Shown here: piece after piece, positions 55,969 to 64,000 of the stretch | How the letters are laid out: each line of letters opens with the position of its first letter | How positions within the stretch are numbered: position 1 is the first letter of the stretch | Origin: Candidatus Yanofskybacteria bacterium RIFCSPHIGHO2_01_FULL_43_32 | GTDB taxonomy: Bacteria > Patescibacteriota > Minisyncoccia > 2-02-FULL-40-12 > GWA2-44-9 | Direction: 5' to 3' | DNA length: 64,000 bases | Assembly: GCA_001794125.1 (NCBI GenBank) | Contig: MGJF01000002.1 | Coordinates: 236,514-300,513 of the forward strand | Program-made: the position numbers and the translations under genes | Notes under the pieces: model-generated | Database searches by the model: none | What the model saw: only the letters and a program-made list of their open reading frames with translations | What the model was told of the DNA's origin: nothing

Positions 55969-56011
55969 TGAGCGAGGAGTGAAATGACCAAAAGTCATTT
56001 CATCCGAGCGA
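55969..56011. repeat. dcw intergenic motif copy 1: GAGCGAGG-hairpin(GTGAAATGAC/GTCATTTCAT)-CCGAGCGAG
   Basis: matches 56435-56477. Confidence 0.5.
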
Positions 56012-56057
56012 GTTAAATATGCAAAGTATAATGAGAAACAGCAAAACTTGAAAGAAT

Positions 56058-56390
56058 TCACGGCTTCAAAGCCACATCCCCGTTTTCAAAAAGATATACC
56101 GCGTTTTTTGCCTCCTCCATGTTTTGGCTTAAGGCAAAATCAAGAATCCTTGCCGGATCTTCCATTAATGATTTTTGGGCGGCTAAAGAACTGCGAACCT
56201 CGTTTAAAGATTCCAGCTTTTGATTCAACAGATTTGTTTTATAATTTCCGGCCGCAACTATATTGGCTTGAACCACGTAATAAATCGTCAAAAGTCCGGC
56301 AATCAACAATATTATCGTGTTGAGCAGAAAAACCGTGCTTACTGAATTATGATTTAATTCTTTGACTCCCGCATGTTTGGTTACTGTCAC
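56058..56390 (-). CDS. ftsL: FtsL/DivIC-like septum protein (TM plus coiled coil)
   Basis: position between rsmH and ftsI, single TM, leucine heptads. Confidence 0.5.
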   Translation of the reverse strand: MTVTKHAGVKELNHNSVSTVFLLNTIILLIAGLLTIYYVVQANIVAAGNYKTNLLNQKLESLNEVRSSLAAQKSLMEDPARILDFALSQNMEEAKNAVYLFENGDVALKP

Positions 56391-56434
56391 TGTTTTAGGG
56401 TTAGGGCATTCCTACCCATCCCGTTTATGGTTGG

Positions 56435-56477
56435 CAGCGAGGATGATTGAAGGTTATTTCAATTCATCCGAGCGAAC
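56435..56477. repeat. dcw intergenic motif copy 2: AGCGAGG-hairpin(GATGATTGAA/TTCAATTCATC)-CCGAGCGA
   Basis: read directly. Confidence 0.5.
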
Positions 56478-56537
56478 CAACTAAACCGATTTTATTTTAT
56501 AAAATGGTTCCTTGTTTATAATTTTGTTGCTACTTTC

Positions 56538-56553
56538 TCCGCCAGCCGGCGGA
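56538..56553. repeat. 16-bp palindrome copy 3 (9 nt after rsmH stop, would read NPPAGGE in rsmH frame)
   Basis: exact string. Confidence 0.8.
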
Positions 56554-56561
56554 TTGACGCT

Positions 56562-57431
56562 TCAAACCTTCTGTGCAACCTTCATCTTTGCACTCCTGCT
56601 TCGCGGATTTGTCCTCTGTTCTTCCCAGCTCGGCCTTATCGTTCCTTTTACCGCTAATTTTATGGCTCCGGCTTTCACATTCTCTTTAAATACTTCCTTC
56701 ACCGTCTTGTCTTCCAACCCCTGAAACGATATCACCGCCAATCTTCCGCCCGGTTTTAACACCTCTATCGCCGCCTGAACGCCCTTTCGGACGTTTCCCA
56801 ATTCGTCGTTCACTTTCACCCTTAACGCCTGGAATGTCTTGGTCGCGAAGTTTATTTTCTGTTGCTTGTACCATTCTGGAACCGACCGGCTGATAACATT
56901 TACAAGGTCCTCGGTCATAATAATCGGCTTTTCACGCCTCGCTCTGACAATGTTCTTGGCTATATTTCCGGCAAACTGTTCTTCGCCCAGATAACTTATT
57001 AATTCCCTCAATTCGTCTTCGCTGTATTTATTCACGATATCAACGGCGCTTTCGGGCTGGATTTCGGGATTAAACCTCATGTCCAGTATTTCATTTCTCT
57101 TGAAAGAAAATCCCCTGCCGCTTTCTTCGTAATGCCATGACGACAATCCAAGATCAAACAATATTCCGTCCGGTTTAAATTTGTAATCTTTAACTATGTT
57201 TTTTAAATTTACATAACTATCATTAATTTTTATCAACCTATCGTCATTCAACTGCAAGCTTTTAAACAACGTGGGGTCAAATTCTATGCCCAGGATCTTT
57301 ACCTCGGGATATTTTTCAAGGATTGCCCTCGTGTGCCCCCCTCCGTCGAGAGTGGCATCTATAATGTTGCTGTTCTTTCCTATGTTTAAATATTCAATCG
57401 CTTCTTTTAATAAAACGGGGGTATGCGCCAT
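56562..57431 (-). CDS. rsmH: 16S rRNA (cytosine1402-N4)-methyltransferase
   Basis: MAHTPVLLKEAIEYL ... DATLDGGGHTRAIL. Confidence 0.9.
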   Translation of the reverse strand: MAHTPVLLKEAIEYLNIGKNSNIIDATLDGGGHTRAILEKYPEVKILGIEFDPTLFKSLQLNDDRLIKINDSYVNLKNIVKDYKFKPDGILFDLGLSSWHYEESGRGFSFKRNEILDMRFNPEIQPESAVDIVNKYSEDELRELISYLGEEQFAGNIAKNIVRARREKPIIMTEDLVNVISRSVPEWYKQQKINFATKTFQALRVKVNDELGNVRKGVQAAIEVLKPGGRLAVISFQGLEDKTVKEVFKENVKAGAIKLAVKGTIRPSWEEQRTNPRSRSAKMKVAQKV

Positions 57432-57509
57432 GCTCGGAATGGGATTCCCTGGGTCGCCCGCGAGGGCCCCTTTAGGGACACGCGTCGGCGACTTAGGGAT
57501 TTCTGTTTT

Positions 57510-57944
57510 TTATATCAATCCGAGCTCCCCCAATTTCTCGGCTATTTTATCCGAATTTTTTTCTAAATTATTTTTATAACCGTTCCATCTTTCTTCATCC
57601 CATATTTCCAGCCTGTTGAACAATCCGGAGACCACCACTTCTTTATTCAAACTCGCAAATTCTTTTAAATTGTCCGGTATTAATATTCTTCCCAAAGAAT
57701 CGAATTCCACCTCTACGGCTCCCGAAAGGAATAAGCGGGCAAACGACCTGGTGTCCTGTTTTCCTATGGATAATCCCCCAATCATCTCGGCGAATGGCGC
57801 CCAGTTCTTTAAAGGAAAAATGAACAAACAGCCATCAAGACCCTTGGTAAGAACCGCTCCATCTCCAAGCTCTTTCCTGAATTTTGAAGGGATAGCAAGC
57901 CGTTTCTTGGGGTCCAGATTGTGCCTATATTCACCGATTAACAT
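57510..57944 (-). CDS. mraZ: Transcriptional regulator MraZ (start at MLIGEYRH; track ORF to 57953)
   Basis: two SpoVT/AbrB-like repeats LDPKKRLAIPSKFR and EFDSLGRILIPDNL. Confidence 0.9.
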   Translation of the reverse strand: MLIGEYRHNLDPKKRLAIPSKFRKELGDGAVLTKGLDGCLFIFPLKNWAPFAEMIGGLSIGKQDTRSFARLFLSGAVEVEFDSLGRILIPDNLKEFASLNKEVVVSGLFNRLEIWDEERWNGYKNNLEKNSDKIAEKLGELGLI

Positions 57945-57948
57945 AGTT

Positions 57949-57993
57949 ATCAACAGTTTTCTATTAACGACACCCCGTGTCGTTAATCAACAG
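57949..57993. promoter_or_regulatory. Perfect 23-bp palindrome TTAACGACAC ccc GTGTCGTTAA flanked by direct ATCAACAG repeats, 20 bp upstream of mraZ
   Basis: read directly. Confidence 0.45.
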
Positions 57994-58101
57994 ATTACGG
58001 TAATCATTAACACTTCTATCCACAATTCACCACTTACAGAATAAGTATAGCACCGCTCCGGACGGACGCAAGTGTGCATAACTTCCGGTCCTTTCCGAAT
58101 A

Positions 58102-58127
58102 AAAACCGGCCCCTTGGGCCGGTTTTA
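58102..58127. terminator. Hairpin AAAACCGGCCC cttg GGGCCGGTTTT in divergent intergenic region
   Basis: 11-bp stem with A/T flanks. Confidence 0.4.
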
Positions 58128-58307
58128 GAAGTCATCACCGCAATCGCCGAATTTTTGAAGAAAGCGGTTTATTACCTCCTCGGTAACCGGCGCCGGAGGC
58201 GCCGGTCAGAGTCAGGATCACACATCCCTCTTTTTCAATGAACAGCTGGTGTTTTTATAACACATCTGATATCCTTGGAACAAGTTTTTTTAAATCAAGG
58301 AGAAATT

Positions 58308-58964
58308 GTGACTAAGCGGGGCCTGTGCTTTGACCTGGACGGAACATTAATAGATTCCGGAAGAGAAGGATTAAAAAGAGTACTCAAAATAGCCGCGGTG
58401 CGAAATCTTCCGGTGACGCCAGAGATCAAACAGCGCATCAGAGACATGTGGGGCGCCGAACCATTCAAACTCTTGCGGATAATTTGGCCCGATGAAGACC
58501 CAAAGGCTTTTTTCAACGAATGGGAAAATTTGGATATAGCTGAACCGCTTCCGGCGTTTCCGGGAACAAGAGAAGCCTTGAAAAAGCTTCGCCCGTATTT
58601 CAATATGAGTATTGTGACCAACCGCCAACCCAGAACGATCTTTGCCCAACTTTTGCACAATGACATCGCAGAATTCTTCGAACAGATAATTACGCCGGCG
58701 CACAACGGCCACAAAAAACCTGAACCGGAAATTATGGAGCCCATTTTTGAAAAATACAAAGCCGACCAAATAGAGCGGGGGGGTATAATTCTGGTCGGCG
58801 ATACTGTTGAAAACGACTGGAAACTTGCTCAAGCAACCGGAATTGAATTTTATGCCGTTGTTTCCGGAGGAATGGACACTCGCGAGAAATTCCTCGCCGC
58901 CGGAGTCCCTGAAGACCATATCACTGACTCGGCGGCCGATCTGCCCCGAATCTTACTAAAATAA
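58308..58964 (+). CDS. HAD superfamily hydrolase (phosphoglycolate phosphatase-like)
   Basis: motif I CFDLDGTLIDS; GTG start after AAGGAG RBS. Confidence 0.75.
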   Translation: MTKRGLCFDLDGTLIDSGREGLKRVLKIAAVRNLPVTPEIKQRIRDMWGAEPFKLLRIIWPDEDPKAFFNEWENLDIAEPLPAFPGTREALKKLRPYFNMSIVTNRQPRTIFAQLLHNDIAEFFEQIITPAHNGHKKPEPEIMEPIFEKYKADQIERGGIILVGDTVENDWKLAQATGIEFYAVVSGGMDTREKFLAAGVPEDHITDSAADLPRILLK

Positions 58965-58985
58965 ACCCCGAATGGGGTTTTATTG

Positions 58986-59057
58986 TGGGCTCGAGAGGGA
59001 TTGAACCTCTGACCTTCCGAATGTGAATCGGACGTTCTACCACTGAACTACGAGCCC
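58986..59057 (-). tRNA. tRNA-Val (anticodon CAC)
   Basis: GGGCTCG/CGAGCCC acceptor, D GTTC/GAAC with AGTGGTA loop, anticodon stem TCCGA/TCGGA loop TTCACAT, T-arm AGAGG-TTCAATC-CCTCT. Confidence 0.85.
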
Positions 59058-59062
59058 GAACC

Positions 59063-59650
59063 TTATAATCCGAGTTTATTGATTATTTTTTCGTGCGGCC
59101 CTTCAAGCAATACGCGGACGAAACGGTCGAACATTCCATGGCGATAATCGAATTCTTCTTTGTCCATGATGCTTAATTTTACTTCCTTCCCCACCTCCGC
59201 TTCAAGCGCTTTTAAAAATATCCGCAATTTATCTTTGTTTATTTCATCCCCGACAATGAAAAGATCGGCTGCGGAATTATCGCTGACAGCGCCGTTATTG
59301 TTCAAAAAAACTCCCGACACCAAAGCCAATTTTATCCGGCCAAGTTTAAGAATTTTAGCGACCATCTTATTCTTTTCCGCGGGAGAGGCCTTCAAGATAA
59401 GGGCTTTTAATTCCTCAAAAAATTCAAAATTCGGATTCAGGGAATATTTGATTTTGGCTGTTCTTGTTTTTTTAATCAGACGGAGTTTCGCGAGGGCTTC
59501 GATTTCCAGTTTTGCCGCCGGATATGTTTCTTGTATCCTTGTGGCTAATTCTCCGGCGGAAAAATCTCCGGGATAATTTCGGAATAATAATTTCAGGATT
59601 TTAATCCTGACTCTTGAGCCGAACAGGTTATCAAGTATATCCTTTGACAT
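59063..59650 (-). CDS. Hypothetical winged-helix DNA-binding protein
   Basis: N-terminal RVRIKILKLL...GELA wHTH-like segment. Confidence 0.45.
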   Translation of the reverse strand: MSKDILDNLFGSRVRIKILKLLFRNYPGDFSAGELATRIQETYPAAKLEIEALAKLRLIKKTRTAKIKYSLNPNFEFFEELKALILKASPAEKNKMVAKILKLGRIKLALVSGVFLNNNGAVSDNSAADLFIVGDEINKDKLRIFLKALEAEVGKEVKLSIMDKEEFDYRHGMFDRFVRVLLEGPHEKIINKLGL

Positions 59651-59671
59651 TTATATTAAAAGTGAATTAGA

Positions 59672-61510
59672 ATGGGGTTAATATCATCAGTAGTTTACAC
59701 CAAAAGATTAAAAAGTAAAATCTGTTCAAGCATGGAAAAAATTTTCCTAAAACCGACTCCGAAGGAGATACTCATCAGAGGATCTCAAAAAGAAGGACAT
59801 CTCGATATTTTTTCATACGATTACAATTCCGACGAAGCAAAAAGGAAACTCGGCAATTTATATATAATCGGCAATGTTCAGCATAATGACGGCGACTTCA
59901 CGGATCGAAACTACGAAGAAAAGACCGGGGAATCCGATTCGACTTATGCAACCAATCTCGTTGCCTCTTTGGCTAAACGCGAGTATTACTCAAATCCGGA
60001 CCTTTCTCCTAAAGAAGCGTTTTCCGCTGCGCTCAAGAAAATCAATGACGTTGTTGATGAGTTCTTCGTTAACAAGGATGTCAAAATTAATATCGGCATT
60101 TTTGCTCTTGCCGGCGAGAATATAAACATATCCAGGATAGGCAAATTCAAAATACTTCTTGCCCGCGACAACAAAACCATAGACATTCTCAACAACATAG
60201 ACATCTTCAGCAAAGAAAAAGTTCAGGAGAAAGAGTTCTCCCATGTTGTTTCCGGCAGGATCGCTCATGGAGACAAGATATTGGCCTTCTACCCCGGCCG
60301 GTCGGTCACTGCGCGAGAAAAAGCCATTAAGGAAAGTTTTCTCAGGCTCGATACCGAACAATTCCTTGAAAAAATAGACGCCCTCAAAGAAGAGAAGGCC
60401 GGTTTGGCTTATGCCGCTTTATATATTAACCTGAACAGGGTTAAAGAGCCGGCAATAGTTCCCAAGGCGGCAAAAATTCTTCCTCCTCGCGCCGCGGTAT
60501 CCGAAGTTGCCGAAAAAGAACCGGTTAAACAAGGCGATAAACGACCGGAATATGTAATTCCCGAACCGGAACTTCCAAGAATAATAAGATCCGAATTCTC
60601 ATTGGGCAAAAAGGATAATTCTTTTGCCGTCGTCCTTGGAAAAATAAAAATGCTTTTGCCAAAAAGACAAAATAAGGCGGTGATTTTCGTATCGTTGGGG
60701 GTCATGGTCCTTGTCGGCGCGTGGGCCGTCAAAGTGTTCTTTTTCGTCAGCCCAAACCAAAGACAGACGGCCAATGCGGTCAGTGAAGCCCAAAACAACA
60801 TGAAACTGGCAAAAACCAAGATCAGTCAGAATGATTCCTTGGGGGCAAGAAAACTTTTGTTTGGTTCTATTGTCAGCATCAGTTCGGTTGCCCCTTCCGA
60901 TAAAATAAATGACGCCAAAAATGAGATAATCAAACTTTTAGACGATATGGATAAGCCCGTCGTTGAATCCTCTCCCACTCTTACCGAAATATTGCCGAAA
61001 AGCGTCAGCGATAAGGCCTCTCTGCTTGCCGCTGAAAAAACAAAAACAGGCGCGATAAGCTTGGATATTTATGAAGACAATCTTTACTTCATAGCCGTTG
61101 ACGGGATTTCTAAGATTGCCGACGTTTCCAATAAACCTAAAGATGCCGTCGGGTGGCTCAAAGGCGGGGTATTGCCTCCGGAACCGTTACTGCTCGCCGT
61201 CGACGGAAAGGTCTATGTTTTAAATAAATCCGGCCTTCTGACCGTGTATTACAAAGGTGAAAAACAAAACGAAATAAACACCCTCATTCTTCCCGATGAA
61301 TCAAGCGTGCTGGCAACAACCAAAGATTCACAATATCTTTATTTGATAAATAAAAACATGGGCAGAATATATTTGATAAGCAAAGCGGGCGGAACATTAT
61401 TCAAGACTTTCAAAGTTTCCAGCCAGGAAGCATTCGCAGAAGCTTATCTCGACCAAGATGAGGCCGTATATCTCGTAAGCAAAGACAACAAAATCTGGAA
61501 GGTGCAATAA
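59672..61510 (+). CDS. Large hypothetical protein with central TM segment
   Basis: 612 aa, TM AVIFVSLGVMVLVGAWAV, no confident domain. Confidence 0.5.
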   Translation: MGLISSVVYTKRLKSKICSSMEKIFLKPTPKEILIRGSQKEGHLDIFSYDYNSDEAKRKLGNLYIIGNVQHNDGDFTDRNYEEKTGESDSTYATNLVASLAKREYYSNPDLSPKEAFSAALKKINDVVDEFFVNKDVKINIGIFALAGENINISRIGKFKILLARDNKTIDILNNIDIFSKEKVQEKEFSHVVSGRIAHGDKILAFYPGRSVTAREKAIKESFLRLDTEQFLEKIDALKEEKAGLAYAALYINLNRVKEPAIVPKAAKILPPRAAVSEVAEKEPVKQGDKRPEYVIPEPELPRIIRSEFSLGKKDNSFAVVLGKIKMLLPKRQNKAVIFVSLGVMVLVGAWAVKVFFFVSPNQRQTANAVSEAQNNMKLAKTKISQNDSLGARKLLFGSIVSISSVAPSDKINDAKNEIIKLLDDMDKPVVESSPTLTEILPKSVSDKASLLAAEKTKTGAISLDIYEDNLYFIAVDGISKIADVSNKPKDAVGWLKGGVLPPEPLLLAVDGKVYVLNKSGLLTVYYKGEKQNEINTLILPDESSVLATTKDSQYLYLINKNMGRIYLISKAGGTLFKTFKVSSQEAFAEAYLDQDEAVYLVSKDNKIWKVQ

Positions 61511-61551
61511 TTGAGAACGATAATAAAAACCCCGCCATGGCGGGGTTTTTA

Positions 61552-62355
61552 TTATCTGCCGAAATTTATTTTTGCCTTTCCTGACAACGAGACAAATCTG
61601 CCCAAGAAACAGGAGACCGCAACAGTGTTAAACAATGTCAGGATAAGCACGATGTTTCCCAAAACAGTTCTCTGTCCCATAATACTGTTTGACGGATTAC
61701 TCCCTCCTGAAATATTAGCCGACAATGAACCGGCTGTGTTTGCCGACGCTGATTGTTTGGTCGAAGCGACGGACGGATTAGCGCTTTGCGCTGTTTGTGT
61801 TTTGACGGTAGGAGCCGCGATTGTCTGACCTGCGGGGACAATCGTGAAGTGAACTCCGTTGGCATTAACTAAAATATTGTTGCCCGTGCCGTCAGAAGCG
61901 GTTATTGCGCCATCAGTGAATGAAATGTCGTTTTCACCAACACCCGAAGATATGAAGGTTATGCTTAAAACCTTAAGCGCATCGCCCGAAATTTCTTTCG
62001 ATGTTCCTCCGATAAATACGATTGTGCCGTCTGTGTTTGAAAAATTCGGTTCCTGAAGCCAAAAATTAAAGACGGAATCATTTGTAGAAATACTTTTAAC
62101 CTGCATTATTTCCGGTGAAAATTTAATTTTTGCTTGAGATGCGTTAATTAAGGTTCCGGCGGTGTCTATTTTTATATCAACGACAAAAATCTTGCCCGGA
62201 TTGAGCTTGTTATTATCTGAAAGGATGTTAAAATCAGCGGCCATTGCCGGATTAAAAACGGTAAATATCGGCAAAAATGAGACAATTACTGACAGTAGGT
62301 ATCGATTGAAAATATTCATATATCCAATTATAACACCAATTATAATTAATGTCAA
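61552..62355 (-). CDS. Secreted S/T/N-rich hypothetical protein
   Basis: signal anchor then low-complexity. Confidence 0.5.
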   Translation of the reverse strand: MTLIIIGVIIGYMNIFNRYLLSVIVSFLPIFTVFNPAMAADFNILSDNNKLNPGKIFVVDIKIDTAGTLINASQAKIKFSPEIMQVKSISTNDSVFNFWLQEPNFSNTDGTIVFIGGTSKEISGDALKVLSITFISSGVGENDISFTDGAITASDGTGNNILVNANGVHFTIVPAGQTIAAPTVKTQTAQSANPSVASTKQSASANTAGSLSANISGGSNPSNSIMGQRTVLGNIVLILTLFNTVAVSCFLGRFVSLSGKAKINFGR

Positions 62356-62429
62356 TAGTCTAATTCAATGCCAAAAAACGTAACTAAAAAGCCCCTTTTG
62401 CGGGCTTTTTAGTTACGGCAGTAAAACCG

Positions 62430-62804
62430 TTATTTGAGTTCGACTACTCCGCCGGCTTCTTCTATTTTCTTCTTCATCTCTTCGGCATCGGCTTTCTTAA
62501 TGCCTTCTTTGACGTTGGCCGGAACCTTGTCGGTCATGTCTTTGACCTCTTTTAATCCCAAGCCGGTCATCTCCCGGAGAACCTTGATAACCTGTATCTT
62601 GGCTGAACCGGCGTCTTTCAAGACAACCGTGAAACTGTCTTTCTCTTCACCGGCTTCTGCACCGCCAGCCGCAACTTGCGCTGAGCCTGCCGAAGCGAAC
62701 GCGGCCGCGGATACGCCAAACTTCTCTTCTAAGGCTTTGACCAAATCGTTCAATTCGGTCACTGACATCGACTCAATACTTTTTATAAATTCGTCTTTGT
62801 TCAT
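62430..62804 (-). CDS. rplL: 50S ribosomal protein L7/L12
   Basis: Ala-rich hinge and C-terminal [17 protein letters not shown]. Confidence 0.9.
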   Translation of the reverse strand: MNKDEFIKSIESMSVTELNDLVKALEEKFGVSAAAFASAGSAQVAAGGAEAGEEKDSFTVVLKDAGSAKIQVIKVLREMTGLGLKEVKDMTDKVPANVKEGIKKADAEEMKKKIEEAGGVVELK

Positions 62805-62837
62805 ATTGTTTAATTAATTTATTTTTATATTTAGATT

Positions 62838-63362
62838 TTAAGCTCCGACCTGTTTCTTTTTAACTATTTCGCTTAAAACCATTGCTAATCCGGAAACCGG
62901 ATATTTCATCATTCCGAACAATCTTGCCAGCAATATTTCTCTGGACGGCATCTTGGCCATTTCTAAAAATTTTTCTTTGTCCATGAAATGGCTTTCAAAA
63001 ATAGCTCCGAAAAACTGGAGGGCCTTATTTTTCTTGGCAAATTCGTAAAGTTTCTTGGAAATCGCATAAACATCCCCGCTTCCTAAAACTAATCCGACAG
63101 AACCTTCCATGTTGTAGACATCAACGCCCTCTCCGCCAGCTGGCGGATTTGATTCTTTCAAAACCAAATCCATCAAGGTTTTTTTGGTTACAAAGTATTC
63201 GGCATCCATGGTTCTCAATGCCTTTTTTAATTCCGACATCTGGGCCACAGACAAGCCTTTCTCGCCCGCTCTTGAGAAGGTGGTAAATACCGTTATTTTG
63301 GACTTCGGAAGTTTGGTTTTTAGCTTCTTTAGTTCCGTTGATTTTTGGGTTTTGCTTTTCAT
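62838..63362 (-). CDS. rplJ: 50S ribosomal protein L10; contains in-frame NPPAGGE palindromic insert
   Basis: position upstream of rplL and L10 N-terminal fold. Confidence 0.85.
   Translation of the reverse strand: MKSKTQKSTELKKLKTKLPKSKITVFTTFSRAGEKGLSVAQMSELKKALRTMDAEYFVTKKTLMDLVLKESNPPAGGEGVDVYNMEGSVGLVLGSGDVYAISKKLYEFAKKNKALQFFGAIFESHFMDKEKFLEMAKMPSREILLARLFGMMKYPVSGLAMVLSEIVKKKQVGA
63132..63147. repeat. 16-bp perfect palindrome TCCGCCAGCTGGCGGA copy 4 (in rplJ, encodes PPAGG)
   Basis: exact string. Confidence 0.8.
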
Positions 63363-63480
63363 GATTCAAACAAAAAAGTCTGCTTTCCGCAGACAATAAC
63401 AGCCGGTTATGGCTATTACCTCGGCGTTCATCACGCTGTCTACGGCTGTGTCCTCCGAAGCTTTAGCGAAGGAGGATATT
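63363..63480 (-). promoter_or_regulatory. Candidate L10 autoregulatory leader (hairpins GTCTGC..GCAGAC, CAGCCG..CGGCTG, CCTCCGAAGC..GCGAAGGAGG)
   Basis: structured 5' UTR upstream of rplJ; identity not verified against a model. Confidence 0.3.
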
Positions 63481-63508
63481 AAAATATTAACAAAATCCAA
63501 ATTTAATG

Positions 63509-64000
63509 TCAAATCCCCAGATATTTTCGGCGGTTAGTCGCGTGTTCGGCGGCTGTTTTGGAAAATATCATTTGGCTCCCGTCTCGGGTAGAAAGATAGT
63601 ATAGATAATCGCTTTGTTTTGGATTCAAAACCGCCTGAATAGCCGTAATCCCCGGATTGGCAATCGGACCCGGCGGAAGACCTGATCTTTTATAACTATT
63701 GTACGGGGAATCAATGCGGATTTCCGCCCCGACCGGTATCTGGCTCACATCGCAGTTTTTCTTAAAATCGACAGCGGTTGCTTTGCGCAAACAGGCGCCG
63801 TAAGAAACGGTAGCGTCTATCTGCAGGGTCATTTTCTTGGCAAGACGATTTCTTATAACTCCCGCCACCAGCCGCATATCTTCTTCGTTCCGGGCTTCCT
63901 TTTCAAGTATAGAGGCCCTTGTCAGCGTGTCCCGCAGAATCAAGGAACTGAAGATCAAAGAAAATTCTTTAAATTTCAAATTCAGGTGGTTCTTCATCTT
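63509..64000 (-). CDS. mltG: Endolytic murein transglycosylase MltG/YceG, C-terminal part (N-terminus beyond window)
   Basis: LVAGVIRNRL ... YNSYKRSGLPPGPIANPG ... YLYYLSTRDG. Confidence 0.7.
   Translation of the reverse strand, partial: KMKNHLNLKFKEFSLIFSSLILRDTLTRASILEKEARNEEDMRLVAGVIRNRLAKKMTLQIDATVSYGACLRKATAVDFKKNCDVSQIPVGAEIRIDSPYNSYKRSGLPPGPIANPGITAIQAVLNPKQSDYLYYLSTRDGSQMIFSKTAAEHATNRRKYLGI

Noticed and set aside
56538-56564. Possible UGA read-through/recoding (rsmH would continue in frame into NPPAGGE after its TGA)
   Set aside because: All other genes in the window are intact under the standard code with TGA/TAA/TAG stops, so there is no sign of code 25. The in-frame motif is better explained by the palindromic element.
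56512-56724. ORF 56512..56724 (+) containing LLSPPAGGLTLQ
   Set aside because: It overlaps the rsmH 3' end on the opposite strand, and its apparent PPAGG is just the palindrome read in another frame.

Overview
This is an AT-rich, gene-dense bacterial window with small genes, many hypothetical membrane proteins and dispersed core genes. By inference this is consistent with a reduced-genome, Patescibacteria/CPR-like organism. No rRNA genes or CRISPR arrays were seen. Coordinates marked ~ and all element boundaries are approximate; every homology and family assignment rests on motifs and sequence resemblance recalled from memory, with no database search run.

Recognisable content:
- Ribosomal and translation genes: rpsI (3' end, window-truncated), rplI, rpmA, rplU, rplL, rplJ, gltX, cysS, typA, efp, def-fmt.
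- Cell envelope and shape: murA, mreB, and a contiguous surface-glycan locus (5833-13844) with GT4/GT2 glycosyltransferases, a Wzy-like O-antigen ligase/polymerase, an LCP-family protein and an inserted YjjX-like NTPase.
- Heat-shock locus: hrcA-grpE-dnaK with a CIRCE operator upstream of hrcA; dnaJ lies downstream but is separated by inserted genes.
- Division/cell-wall cluster: mraZ-rsmH-ftsL-ftsI-murF.
- Replication and recombination: dnaB, recR, and a priA homologue with degenerate Walker motifs.
- A type II restriction-modification pair (beta-class amino-methyltransferase plus an overlapping downstream ORF) next to a two-nuclease operon (3'-5' exonuclease plus a Cas4/RecB-like PD-(D/E)xK nuclease).
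- Two tRNAs: tRNA-Glu(CUC) and tRNA-Val(CAC).

The more unusual content is non-coding, and these observations are the main candidates for anything undescribed:
- Several dispersed families of structured repeats whose stems carry compensatory changes. One ~120-bp promoter-bearing family brackets the R-M cassette in inverted orientation.
- A 16-bp GC-rich palindrome that recurs in frame inside three unrelated genes, encoding PPAGG each time.
- A GC-rich ~450-nt ORF-free region with a consensus sigma70 promoter, read as an uncharacterised abundant ncRNA (RNase P RNA is only a possibility).
- A 50-aa toxin-like membrane peptide with a full promoter/RBS/terminator set.
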